From positions 199,135,864-199,199,863 of the forward strand of contig NC_090375.1 in NCBI RefSeq assembly GCF_036365525.1: 64,000 nt of DNA, written 5' to 3'. A program made the translations under genes and the position numbers. This document shows, in pieces, positions 10,878 through 21,504 of the stretch (its first letter is position 1; every line of letters begins with the position of its first letter). A model generated the notes under the pieces. That model was not told the origin of the DNA. It was given only the letters and a program-made list of their open reading frames with translations, and made no database searches. Source of the stretch: Heterodontus francisci (Eukaryota).

Positions 10878-13800
10878 ATTTTTTTTATTCATTCACGGGA
10901 TGTGGGTACTGCTGGCTCAGCCAGCATTTATTGCCCATCCCTAATTGCCCGTGAGAAGGTGATGGTGAGCTGCCTTCTTGAACCGCTGCAGTCCATGTTA
11001 GGTAGTTACACCCACAGTGCTGTTAGGAAGGGAGTTCCAGGATTTTAACCCAGCGACAGTGAAGGAATGGCGACATAGTTCCAAATCAGGATGGTGTGTG
11101 ACATTGGTGGGAACTTGCAGGTAGTGGTGTTCCCTTGAATTTGCTGCCCTTGTCCTGCTAGTTGGTAGAGGTCGGTGTTTGGAAGGTGCTATTATAATGA
11201 GGCTTGGTGCATTGCTGCAGTGCATCCTGTAGATGGTACACACTGCTGCCACTGTGCGTCAGTGGTGGAGGGAGTGAATGTTTGTAGATGGGGTGTCAAT
11301 CAAGCAGGCTGTTTGTCCTATATAGTGTCGAGCTTCTTGAGTGTTGTTGAAGCTGCACCCATCCAGGCAAGTGGGCAGTATTCCATCACACTCCTGACTT
11401 GTGCCTTGTAAATGGTGGATGGGCTTTGGGGAGTCAGGAGGTGAGTTACTCGCTGCAGGATTCTTAGCCTCTGACCTGCTCTTGTTGCCACAGTATTTAT
11501 ATGGTTACCCGAGTTCAGTTTCTGATCAATGGTTGCCTAGAGGATGTTGATAGTGGGGGATTCAGCGATGGTAATGCCATTGAACGTCAAGGGGAGGTGG
11601 TTAGATTCTCTCTTGTTGGAGATGGTCATTGCCCGGCACTTGTGTGGCGCGTAAGTTACTTGCCACTTATCAGCCCAAGCCTGGATATTGTTCAGGTCTT
11701 GCTGCATTTCTACTGGAACTGCTTCTGTATCTGAGGAGTCGTGAATGGTGCTGAACATTGTGCAATCATCAGCGAACATCCCCACTTCTGACCTTATGAT
11801 TGAAAGCAGGTCATTGATGAAGCAGCTGAAGATGGTTGGGCCTAGGACACTACCCTAAGGAACTCCTACAGTGATGTTCTGGAATTGAGATGATTGACGT
11901 CCAACAACAACCATCTTCCTTTGCGCTAGGTATGACTCCAGCCAGTGGAAGGTTTTCTCCTGGATTCCCATTGACTTCAGTTTTGCTAGGGCTCCTTGAT
12001 GCCGTACTGAGTTAACTGCTGCCTTGATGTCAAGGGCAGTCAGTCTTACCTCACCTCTTGAGGTCAGCGCTTTTGTCCATGTTTGAACCAAGGCTGTAAT
12101 GAGGTCAGGAGCTGAGTGGCCCTGGTGGAAACCAAACTGAGTGTCACTGAGCAGGTTATTGCTAAGCAAGTGCCACTTGATAGCACTGTCGATGACACCT
12201 TCCATCACTTTGCTGATGATTGAGAGTAGGCTGATGGGGCAGTAATTTGCCGGGTTGGATTTGTCCTTTTTGTGTACAGGACATACCTGGCAATTTTCCA
12301 CATTGCCGGGTAGATGCCAGTGTTGTAGCTGCACTGAGCAGCTTGGCTAGGGGTGCAGCAAGTTCTGGAGCACAGGTCCTCAGTACTATTGCCGGAATGT
12401 TGTCAGGGCCCATAGCCTTTGTAGTATCAGTGCCTTCAGTCATTTCTTGATATCACGTGGAGTGAATCGAATTGGCTGCAGCTTGGCACCTGTGATGCTG
12501 GGATCTTCAGGGTGAGGCCAGATGGATCATCTACTCCACACTTCTAGCTCAAGATTGTTGCAAATGCTTCAGCTTTATCTTTCACACGGATGTGCTGGGC
12601 TCCCCCATAATTGAGGATGGGGATATTTGTGGAGCCAGCTCCTCCAGTTAGTTGTTTAATTGTCCACTACCATTCACGACTGGATGTGACAGGACTGCAG
12701 AACTTAGATCTGATACATTGATTATGGGATCACTTAGCTCTGTCTGTCGCATGCTTCTTAGGCAGTTTGGCATGCAGGTAGTCCTGTGTTGTTGCTTCAC
12801 CAGGTTGACACCTCATTTTCAGGTAAGCCTGGTGCTGCTCCTGGCAGCCCCCTACACTCTTTATTGAACCAGGGTTGGTCTCCTGGCTTGATAATAACGG
12901 TAGAGTGGGGAATATGCCAGGCCATGAGGTTACAGGTTGTGATTGAATACAATTCTGCTGCTGCTGGTGGCCCACAGCGCCTCATGGATGCCCTGTTTTG
13001 CATTGCTAGATCTGTTCAAAATCAATCCCATTTAGCATGGTGAAAGTGCCACACAACACGATGGAGGTTATCCTCAATGTGAAGGCGGGTCTTCGTCTCC
13101 ACAAGTACTGTGTGGTGGTCACTCCTACCAATACTGTCATGGACATTTGCATCTGCAGCAGGCAGATTGGTGAGAATGAGGTCAAGTATGTTTTCCCCTC
13201 TTGTTGGTTCCCTCACCACCTGCCACATACCCAGTCTAGCAGCTATGTCCTTTAGGACTCAGCCAGTAGTGGTTCTACAGAGCCACTCTTCGTGATGGAC
13301 ATTGAAGTCCCCCACCCAGAGTAGATTCTGCATCCTTGCCACTCTTAGTGCTTTCTCCAAGTGGTGTTCAACATGTAGGAGTACTGATTCATCAGCTGAG
13401 GGAGGGCGGTAGGTGGTAATCAGCAGGAGGTTTCCTTGCCCATGTTTGACCTGTTGTCATGAGACTTCATGGGGTGCAGCGTCGATGTTGAGAACTTCCA
13501 GGGCAACTCCCTCCCGACATTATTATGCCACTGTGCTGCCATCTCTGCGAGGTCTGTCCTGCTGGTGGGACGGAACATATCCGGGCATAGTGATGGCAGT
13601 GTCTGGGACATTGTCTGTAAGGTATGATTCCATGAGTATGACTATACTGTTGCTTGACTAGTCTGTGGGACAGCTCTCAGAACTTTGGCACAAGCCACCA
13701 GACGTTTGTAAGGAGGACTTTGCAGGGTTGACAGGGCTGGGTTTGCCACTGTCGTTTCGGGTGGTCCATCCGTTTTTATTCATTTTTATTGACTCTGTAG

Positions 13801-14130
13801 TGGTTAGTTGCAACTGAGTGGCTTGCTAGGCGATTTCAGGATAATTTAAGAGTCAACCACATTGCTGTGCGTCTGGAGTCCCATGTAGGCCAGACCAGGT
13901 AAGGACAGCAGATTTCCTTCCCTAAAGGACATTAGTGAACTGGATGGATTTTTACAGCAATCGACAATGGTGTCATTTGATTTCAACTGGCTTTTAATTG
14001 CAGATTTATGAATTGAATTCAAATTCCACCTTCTGCTTTGGTGGGATTCGAACCCATGTCCCCAGAGCAATATCCTGGGTCTCTGGGTTACTAGTCCAGT
14101 AACAATACCACTATGCCACCGCCTCCCCTT
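10878..14130 (-). mobile_element. Full-length single-ORF non-LTR retrotransposon (APE endonuclease + RT, degenerate) with tRNA-derived 5' head
   Basis: EN (NVWWLVPK; VVREPTRGENILDLILTN; GRSDH), RT (PANYCPISLL, QFGF, GVP*GSVLGP, MFADD); 3' GAATGAATAAAAAAA end; host Penelope sequence resumes on both sides. Confidence 0.85.
14044..14128 (-). promoter_or_regulatory. Internal RNA polymerase III promoter (A box / B box) at the 5' end of the LINE
   Basis: Sense GGGGAGGCGG-TGGCATAGTGG (A box, 14118-14108) and GGTTCGAATCC (B box, 14054-14044). Confidence 0.75.
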
Positions 14131-14504
14131 TGGGAGTCCATAGTGAACAGGAAGAAGTTAAGGCCAGGCAACTTGACACTGTTGAAATGACAAAGGGTGT
14201 CAAAAAAGTCACAGATGTCAGTGGGAAGAGACTGGACCAGGAGAGAAAAAATAGAGTCAAGACAGGAAGAAATAAGTTTAGTGGGCTGAAATGATAGGTC
14301 TACCAGGACAGTCCTGTTTATGGATTTTGGGAAGGAGGGAGAAGCAGGCGCTTCGAGGTTGCAGGACTATGAGGTTGGAAGCTGTAGAGGGAAGATCTCC
14401 AGAGGGGATGAGGTCAGTGACAATCCTGGAGACAGTGAGCTAATGTTGGGTGGTGGGGTCATGGTCTGGGGGAGGTTGCAAGAAGTGTCTGAGAAGTGAG
14501 ATCT

Positions 14505-14980
14505 CAGTTTAAAAGAAAGATAGAGAGGAAAGATGAAAGAAATAGGGAGAGAGAGGGTGAAAGACAGAAAGTGAGAGAGAAAGCTAGAGAAAGAGATAAA
14601 TACGGACAGTAAAAGAAAGAATGAAAGAGATAAATAGGGAGGAGCAAGAGCAAAATAGAGAGAGAACGAGATACAGAGAAATAGAACAAGACAGAGAGCG
14701 GGACAAAAAAGAGAGAAAGAGAGGGCAAGAGAGAGGAAGAGGGAGAAGGAGGGCAGGAGAGAGGACTAGGGAGAAACAGGGCAGGAGAGAGAGTGAAAGG
14801 GTGGAGAGAAAAAGAGAGGGTGTGAGAGAAAGAGTGGGAGAGGGCAGGAGGGAATGAGAATAGAGGAAAGAGAAAGATAGAGAATGCAAAAACGATAAAT
14901 AGAAGAAAGAGAGAAAGGGAAAAAGAAAATAACAGTGGAAGAAAAAACAGAGATAGAGAACAAAAAAAGATAAAGAAAGA
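14505..14980. repeat. Polypurine (AG-rich) low-complexity tract upstream of TRGV-B1
   Basis: About 470 bp almost entirely A/G; shorter homologous tract upstream of B2. Confidence 0.85.
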
Positions 14981-15540
14981 GCTACACATTTGGTAGGAAC
15001 AATGGGCCATGTGTTTATTGCATGAATGGTTTTGAAAAGCCAAGGATGACGTTGAAAGAGTCTCAGGAAACTCGATGTTCAACATGTCCAAACAACACAG
15101 AGCAGCAGTGATTTGGAGATTTGGACTCTTGGTTCTGGTGAGAAAGAGTCTGAGAGATTTTCTTAAAGTGTGTAAGATTGTTACCGGAATGGAAGAGGGA
15201 GATCTGTAATGTTACTTTCATTTAAACTGTAGGAATAGGACAAGGAAACACAGGGCAACCCAGTAGAAGGAAACTCTAGGGCGAGATCAGAAAGCTGGTC
15301 ACCCAGCGAGTGATCAACATTTGGAATGGACTCCAGGGAAGCGTGTTTGAGGTGAAAGCCTGTTTTAAGTAAAAGAGTGAAGAACAAGGTGAAACGTCAC
15401 AGACACCAAATGGAAACAGCACCCTTGAGGCCACATGGAAATTCAGCAATGGGTGAAACTGATTGACAATTTCCGGTATCTCAGCGTCCCAGTAACAGGT
15501 ATTTGTAAACCTGGATCAGTTCTGTGTTGGGTACACAAAC

Positions 15541-15985
15541 ATGAAGGGTCAAGTCATTGTGATTTTACTCATCACCTTCCTCGGTCAGTATTTAAGGTTC
15601 TAACTGATTATTTTTATTAATCTCCCGCCTCCGTTTTGTGAAATATTCTAATTGATTTCTATTCTTCTCTCTTGCAGGGAAATCTGTTGCCCAAACCTTG
15701 ACACAGTCCCCATTTTCGATGACCAGAGCTCCGACGAAAACTGTACGGTTTTACTGTAAGGTTGAAGGGACAAATTTCGAAGATGCCGTTATCCACTGGT
15801 ACCGGCAGACCCCGGGTCAAGGGCTGCAACGCATGCTATATTTTAAGAATCCATCCGAGACTAAGCGGGATATGACCGACAAAGAGTTTTTTGTTGAAAA
15901 AGAATCCAAAACTAAATCCTGCACCCTGCGCATGAGGAATATCCAGGAGGATGACGCTGGGACCTATTACTGTGCCTGCTGGGAC
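15541..15985 (+). CDS. TRGV: T-cell receptor gamma V gene, family B copy 1 (leader 15541-15583, intron 15584-15677, V exon 15678-15985)
   Basis: MKGQVIVILLITFL G|GTCAGT, TTGCAG acceptor, FYCKVEG...VIHWYRQ...DAGTYYCACWD in frame. Confidence 0.92.
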
Positions 15986-16024
15986 CACAGTGACTGAAAG
16001 CGAAGGGAAACTCATACAAAAACC
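15986..16024 (+). other. Consensus 23-RSS
   Basis: CACAGTG, 23 nt, ACAAAAACC. Confidence 0.95.
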
Positions 16025-16334
16025 GAACCTGCACGAACACCATCATGCTCAGTCTGTGTAAGCTGTTCACACACAAACCACAGGTGTAGCATTTGGAGAT
16101 TTCCACGAGCTTTTAATTCTACCGTGTGCTGGGTAGATAGCTCGGTATTTTCACAATGTTATTTGCTTAATATTTTTGAGCTGGGATGACTAAAATTGCT
16201 TTGTTAACTCCGTGAGATACAGTTATGACAGATCTGTCTTTATTCCATAACTGGATAAAATTATTCACTTACAGTTTAAACTAACAGTCCCTTTATCACA
16301 TTCCAGAAACCCGCTGTAAGTTTCAAAGCGGGGT

Positions 16335-16463
16335 TGGCAGCACCTGTGCAGAGAGAAACCGAGTTAACGTTTCCGGCCTGTGATCTTTCAGAAAAACATT
16401 GTTCTGATGAAACGTCCCAGATGTGGAACGTTAATTCTGTTTCTCTCTACACAGATGCTGCCA
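16335..16463. repeat. Inverted pair of degenerate Penelope pLTR/hammerhead motifs downstream of B1
   Basis: TGGCAGCACCTGTG...GAGTTAACGTTTCC / GGAACGTTAATTC...CACAGATGCTGCCA; retained at 62756-62884 after B2. Confidence 0.75.
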
Positions 16464-16770
16464 GATCTGCTGAGTACTTCCGGCACTTTCTGTTCGCATT
16501 TCAGAGTTCCAGCATCCGCGGTATTTTGCTCTTATCTAAGTTTCAATGTCTCCAGTGGCCGCACGGTCGTCTCTGAACAATCTACCTCAACCATCAAACC
16601 AACACTAATGATATTTGCAGTCACTGTCCTGTCATTAGAAATTAGGAATAGCAGTAGGTCAGTCAGCTCTCAGAGCCTGTTCCACTGTTGAATGAAATCT
16701 TGGCTGATCTGTGATCGAACTCCGTGTACCCAAGTCGTCCCCATATCCTGGAGACGGGAAGTTCAGCATG

Positions 16771-18980
16771 ATGGAAATACTCAGCAGGTCTGGCAGCATC
16801 TGTGGAAAGAGAAGCAGAGTTAACGTTTCGGGTCAGTGACCCTTCTTCGAAACTGACAAATATTAGAAATGTCAAAGGCTATAAGCAAGTGAGGCGGGGG
16901 TGGGGCAAGAGATAATAAAGGAGAAGGTGTAGATTGGACAAGGTCACATAGCTGACCAAAAGGTCATGGAGCAAAGGCAAACAATATGTTAATGGTCTGT
17001 TGAAAGACAAAGCATTAGTACAGTTAGGGTGTTAACGGACTGAAAATTGAACAGCAGCAAGTATGAACATGAAAAAGAACAGCGGGTAAGCAAACTGAAC
17101 AAACTAAGATGAAATGAAATAAACATACAAAAAAATTGTTAAAAATGTAAAAAAGAAAAAATAAATAAAAATGAAAGTAAAATGGGGGGCCCGTTATGCT
17201 CTGAAATGATTGAATTCAATGTTCAGTCCGGCAGGCTGTAGTGTGCCTAATCGGTAAATGAGATCTGTTCCTCGAGCTTGCGTTGATGTTCACTGGAACA
17301 CTGCAGCAATCCCAGGATAGAGAAGTGAGCATGAGAGCAGGGGGGAGTGTTGAAATGGCAAGCAACTGGAAGCTCAGGGTCCTGCTTGCGGACTGAGTGG
17401 AGGTGTTCTGCAAAGTGGTCACCCAGTCTGCGTTTGGTCTCCCCGATGTAGAGGAGACCACATTGTGAGCAGTGAATACAGTATACTACATTGAAAGAAG
17501 TGCAAGTAAATCGCTGCTATACCTGAAAGGAGTGGTTGGGGCCTGGGATAGTGAGGAGAGAGGAGGTAAATGGGCAGGTATTACACCTCCTGCGATTGCA
17601 GGGGAAGGTGCCATGGGAAGGGGATGAGGTGGTGGGGGTAATGGAAGAGTGGACAAGGGTGTTGCGGAGGGAGCGATCCCTTCGGAATGCAGACAGGGGA
17701 AGATGCGTTTGGTAGTGGCATCATGCTGGAGGTGGCAGAAATGGCGGAGGATGATGCTTTGGATATGTAGGCTGATGAGGACAAGGGGAACCCTGTCACG
17801 GTTCTGGGAGGGAGGGGAAGGGGTGAGGGTAGAGGTGCTATGTGTTGCTATTGGTATCTGCATGGGTCCCAGATATGCCTGGCTTTTTGTGGGATATGTT
17901 GAGCATTCTTTGTTCCAGTCCTACTCAGGCCCCCTCCCCCAACTCTTTTTCCGGTACATTGATGACTGTATCGATGCCGTTTCCTGCTCCCGATCCGAAC
18001 TGGAAAACTTTATCAACTTTGCTTCTAATTTCTACCCTTCTCTCACCTTTACATGGTCCATCTCTGACATTTACCTTCCCTTCCTCGACCTCTCTATCTC
18101 CATCTCTGGGGATAGGTTGTCCACTAATATCCATTATCAGCCCACCAACTCTCACAGCTACCTTGACTACACTTCTTCACACCCTACCTCCTGTAAGGAC
18201 TCCATTCCATTCTCCCAGTTTCTCCATCTCCAATGCATCTGCTCTGATGATGCTACCTTTCATGACGGTGCTTCTGATATGTCTTCCTTTTTCCTCAACC
18301 GAGGATTCCCCCCCACTGTTGTTGACAGAGCCCTCAACCGTGTCCGGCCCATTTCCCGCACCTCTACCCTCACCCCTTCCCCTCCCTCCCAGCACCGTGA
18401 CAGGGTTTCCCCTGTCCTCACTTTCCACCCCATCAGCCTCCATATCCAAAGGATCATCCTCCGCCATTTCTGCCACCTCCAGCATGATGCCACGACCAAA
18501 CGCATCTTCCCCTCCCTTCCCCTGTCAGCATTCCAAAGGGATCGTTTCCTCTGCGACACCCTGGTCCACTCCTCCAATACCCTCACCACCTCGTCCCCTT
18601 CCCATGGCACCTTCCCCTGCAATCGCAGGAGGTGTAATACCTGCCCATTTACCTCCTCTCTCCTCACTATCCCAGGCCCCAAGCACTACTTTCAGATATA
18701 GCAGCGATTTACTTGTACTTCTTTCAATGTAGTATACTGTATTCGCTGCTCACAATCTGGTCTCCTCTACATTGGGGAGAACAAACGCAGACTGGGTGAC
18801 CGCTTTGCGGAACACCTCCACTCAGTCCACAAGCAGGACCCTGAGCTTCCGGTTGCTTGCCATTTCAACACTCCCCCCTGCTCTCATGCTCAGATCTCTG
18901 TCCTGGGATTGCTGCAGTGTTCCAGTGAACATCAACGCAAGCTCGAGGAACAGCATCTCATTTACCGATTAGGCACACTA
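16771..18980. mobile_element. Fold-back Penelope (Neptune-type) element: minus arm 16771-17838, plus arm 17839-18980
   Basis: RT FRYIDD, LPFLD, CNRRRCNTC linker, GIY-YIG (VYCIRC..LYIGE..RRLGDRFAEHL); the 3' portion is present in both orientations. Confidence 0.85.
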
Positions 18981-19770
18981 TGGCCCAATACATTCCACTC
19001 TTTATCACTACATTCAAGCCAAGTCACCAGCGTTGGTTCAATGAGGAGTGTAGGAGAGCATGCCAGGAACAACACCAGGTATATCTGAATTGAGTTATCA
19101 TGCTGGTGAAACTTCAAAACAGGACTACAAACATGCTGAACAGTGGAAGAAGATGCGATAATTAGAGTTAAGTGACTCAACAACCATAATATTAGAACAA
19201 AGCTCTGCAGTTCTGCCATATCCACTGGTGAACAGTAATGGGCAGTTTAAGAACTAGTGGGAGTTCCCCATAACAACCCCAGGAAGCTCCCATAATAAAT
19301 TCTGGCAGACGCTGGCCAGCACATCAGTGTAAAAGACAAGACTGAAGCAGTTGTTACCATCTTCAGCTAGAAGTACCAAGTGGATGATCCTTCTCGGCCT
19401 CCTCCTGCAGTCCCCAGCATCATAGATGCCTGTCTTCAGCCAAATCGATTCACTCCAGGTGGTATGAAGAAACGGCGGAGGTCACTGGACACAGCAAAGG
19501 CCATAGCGTGACAACTTAATGGCTGCAGTGCTCAAGATTTGTGCTCCAGAACTAGCCATGCCCCTATCAAGTTACACTAGTGCAGCTACAACACTGTAAT
19601 CAACTCGACAATGTGGAAAATTTCCCAGGTATGTCCCGTGCACAAAAAGCAGGACAAATACAATGCAGCCAATTACTGCTCCATCAATCTACTCTCAATC
19701 ATCAGCAGTGATGGAATGTGTTGTCAACTGTGCTATCATACAGCACTTACCCAGCAATAACCTGCTCCAA
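18981..19770 (+). mobile_element. Old internal fragment of the single-ORF LINE family
   Basis: Colinear with 50780-51560 of the younger copy. Confidence 0.7.
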
Positions 19771-19871
19771 ACTGATAAAATGTCATGACCTGAAATGTTA
19801 ACTCTGTTTCTCTCTCCACAGTTGCTGCCTGAGCTGCTGTGTATTTCCAGCACTTTCTGTTTTTGTTGCAC

Positions 19872-20120
19872 TGTGATAGCTCCCCTGCCCTTCATTGAAA
19901 TAGTGCCATGGGATCTTTTATGTACACCTGAGAGTGCTGACGGGGCCACAGTTTCACATCTCATCCAAAAGACAGCACCTCTGACAGTGCAGCACTCCCT
20001 CAGTACTCCACTATAGTGTCAGTCTGGATTTTTGTGCTTAAGTCCTGGAGTAAGACATAAAATCACAACCTTCTGATTGATACACTAAAGTGCTTCCAGC
20101 TGCCATGGCTGACACAATCC
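19872..20120 (-). mobile_element. tRNA-derived Deu-type SINE
   Basis: Reverse complement of the same core as 2590-2950. Confidence 0.6.
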
Positions 20121-20319
20121 CCATGACTCCAGGGACTTAAGGGAAATGGCGCAGCCTCCAGAAACATGAAGGATGGCACTGCAGGACCGCCAATGTACTC
20201 TGCCTCCCTACACATTAGCTGACAACCTTCAATCCCCAGTTTGATCAGCATTTAATCCTTTATGCTACAATAAAATATATGCCCAGTTTTACTGTAGGAT
20301 TCAGCTGATTCCTCACCCA

Positions 20320-20560
20320 CCATCCCTGTAACCTCCTGAAGTCCTACAACCCTCCCTATCTCTGTAACCCCCTCCAGCTCTACAACCTTCACTATCTCTG
20401 TAACCTCGAGCTCATTCACCTTCCTATTTCAGTTCCCTCTTCCACCCATGACGCCCCGTGCTTTCACTGTAATCTCCTCTAGCCCCGGCGACCCTCCCTT
20501 TCTCTGGAAATTCCTTCAGCTTTGAGATCCTCCGATATCTCTGCACTCCTCTATTTCTGG
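20320..20560. repeat. Degenerate ~32-bp minisatellite (CCCTCCCTATCTCTGTAACCTCCTCCAGCCCTACAA-like)
   Basis: Several imperfect units; also at 44380-44620 and inverted at 46980-47170. Confidence 0.65.
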
Positions 20561-21194
20561 CCTCTTGTGCCTCCTGATTTTAATCACTCCACCTTTGGAG
20601 GTCGTGCCTTCAGTCACGTGGGCCTTAAGATCTGTCATTCCCTCCATATCCTATCCACTTTTCTACCTTTCTCGCCTCCTTTAAAACTCTCCTTATAATC
20701 TGTCTCAGTGACCAGACTTTGGGCCATAGAGAATCATAGAAGCAGAGAAAGATTACGGAACAGAAAGAGGCCACTTGGCCCATCGTATCTGTGCCAGCCG
20801 AAAAATGTTCTTCCCACTCTAATCCCACCTTCTAGCATTTGGCCCGCAGCCCTGCAGATTACAGCACTCTGTCCTGATATCTGGTATTGTCAAATTTAGT
20901 CTGTTAATGTTCCTATGAATTGTCTTGAGCTGTTTTATTACATTAAATGTGCTATTTAATTGCAATTTATTGATGCTGTTGTTCAATTTATATCGTGTGG
21001 ACCCGATCTAAACTCCTAATATAAATAAATAGCTACAAGCAGCAGCTTCCAAGATAAATCTCCCTGCAATGTCGTTTGCTCCCTGAAAAGTGCTCCCGGT
21101 TATCAATCCAAGAAGAACACGGATCAGTCAACCCTGGTTTCCATGGTTATTTGATTAACTGCGCCTGTTTTCAGCCTGTAAGCTGCTCCTCAAC

Positions 21195-21236
21195 GTAATT
21201 CTGATGAAAGACCATCCAGCTGAAACGTTAACTCTG
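21195..21236 (+). ncRNA. Penelope pLTR minimal type I hammerhead-ribozyme motif (core intact, stems eroded)
   Basis: TT-CTGATGA-[14 nt]-GAAA-C-GTT-AACT; paralogue at 45275-45315 keeps an AGG/CCT stem II. Confidence 0.5.
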
Positions 21237-21504
21237 TTTCTTTCTCCACAGATACTGCCTGGCCTGCTGAGTATTTCCAGCATTTGCTGTTTATATTGCA
21301 GATTTCCAGTAAATTTGGTGCGGGGCTTCTCAGCAGCTGGGACTATTTCCCAGACAGAGTGTGCATTAGGAAAGTGCTGTTAATGAGGTAAATCAACAAT
21401 AAAAGCAATGCACCTAAACACCGCAGTTAATGTTGGAAAATGCCTCCAGGCTCTTCACAGGAGCATATTCTGGCAAAAATGGACTAAAAGAAGATATTAG
21501 ATAA

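Larger units (their letters stand above)
8565..14495 (-). mobile_element. Fragmented Penelope-like sequence hosting nested CR1, inverted pLTR pair and LINE insertions
   Basis: GIY-YIG piece ILYTGETKHKLGDCFVEYL (8.65-8.74 kb) resumes at 9935; RT pieces at 10660-10877 resume at 14131-14495. Confidence 0.6.

Noticed and set aside
14044-14128. Possible tRNA genes (also 2590-2650 and 24950-25017)
   Set aside because: A/B boxes are present but there is no complete cloverleaf; each is fused to a SINE or LINE body
14504-15091. 195-aa hydrophobic ORF (and similar at 60738-61043)
   Set aside because: Translation of a CT/AG low-complexity tract, not a membrane protein
17649-18701. 350-aa ORF as an intact or domesticated gene
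   Set aside because: Chimeric: the first ~63 codons are antisense Penelope sequence read across the fold-back junction; the duplicate copy is frameshifted
20320-20560. Repeat array that might be taken for CRISPR
   Set aside because: Vertebrate DNA; degenerate tandem units without unique spacers or cas genes
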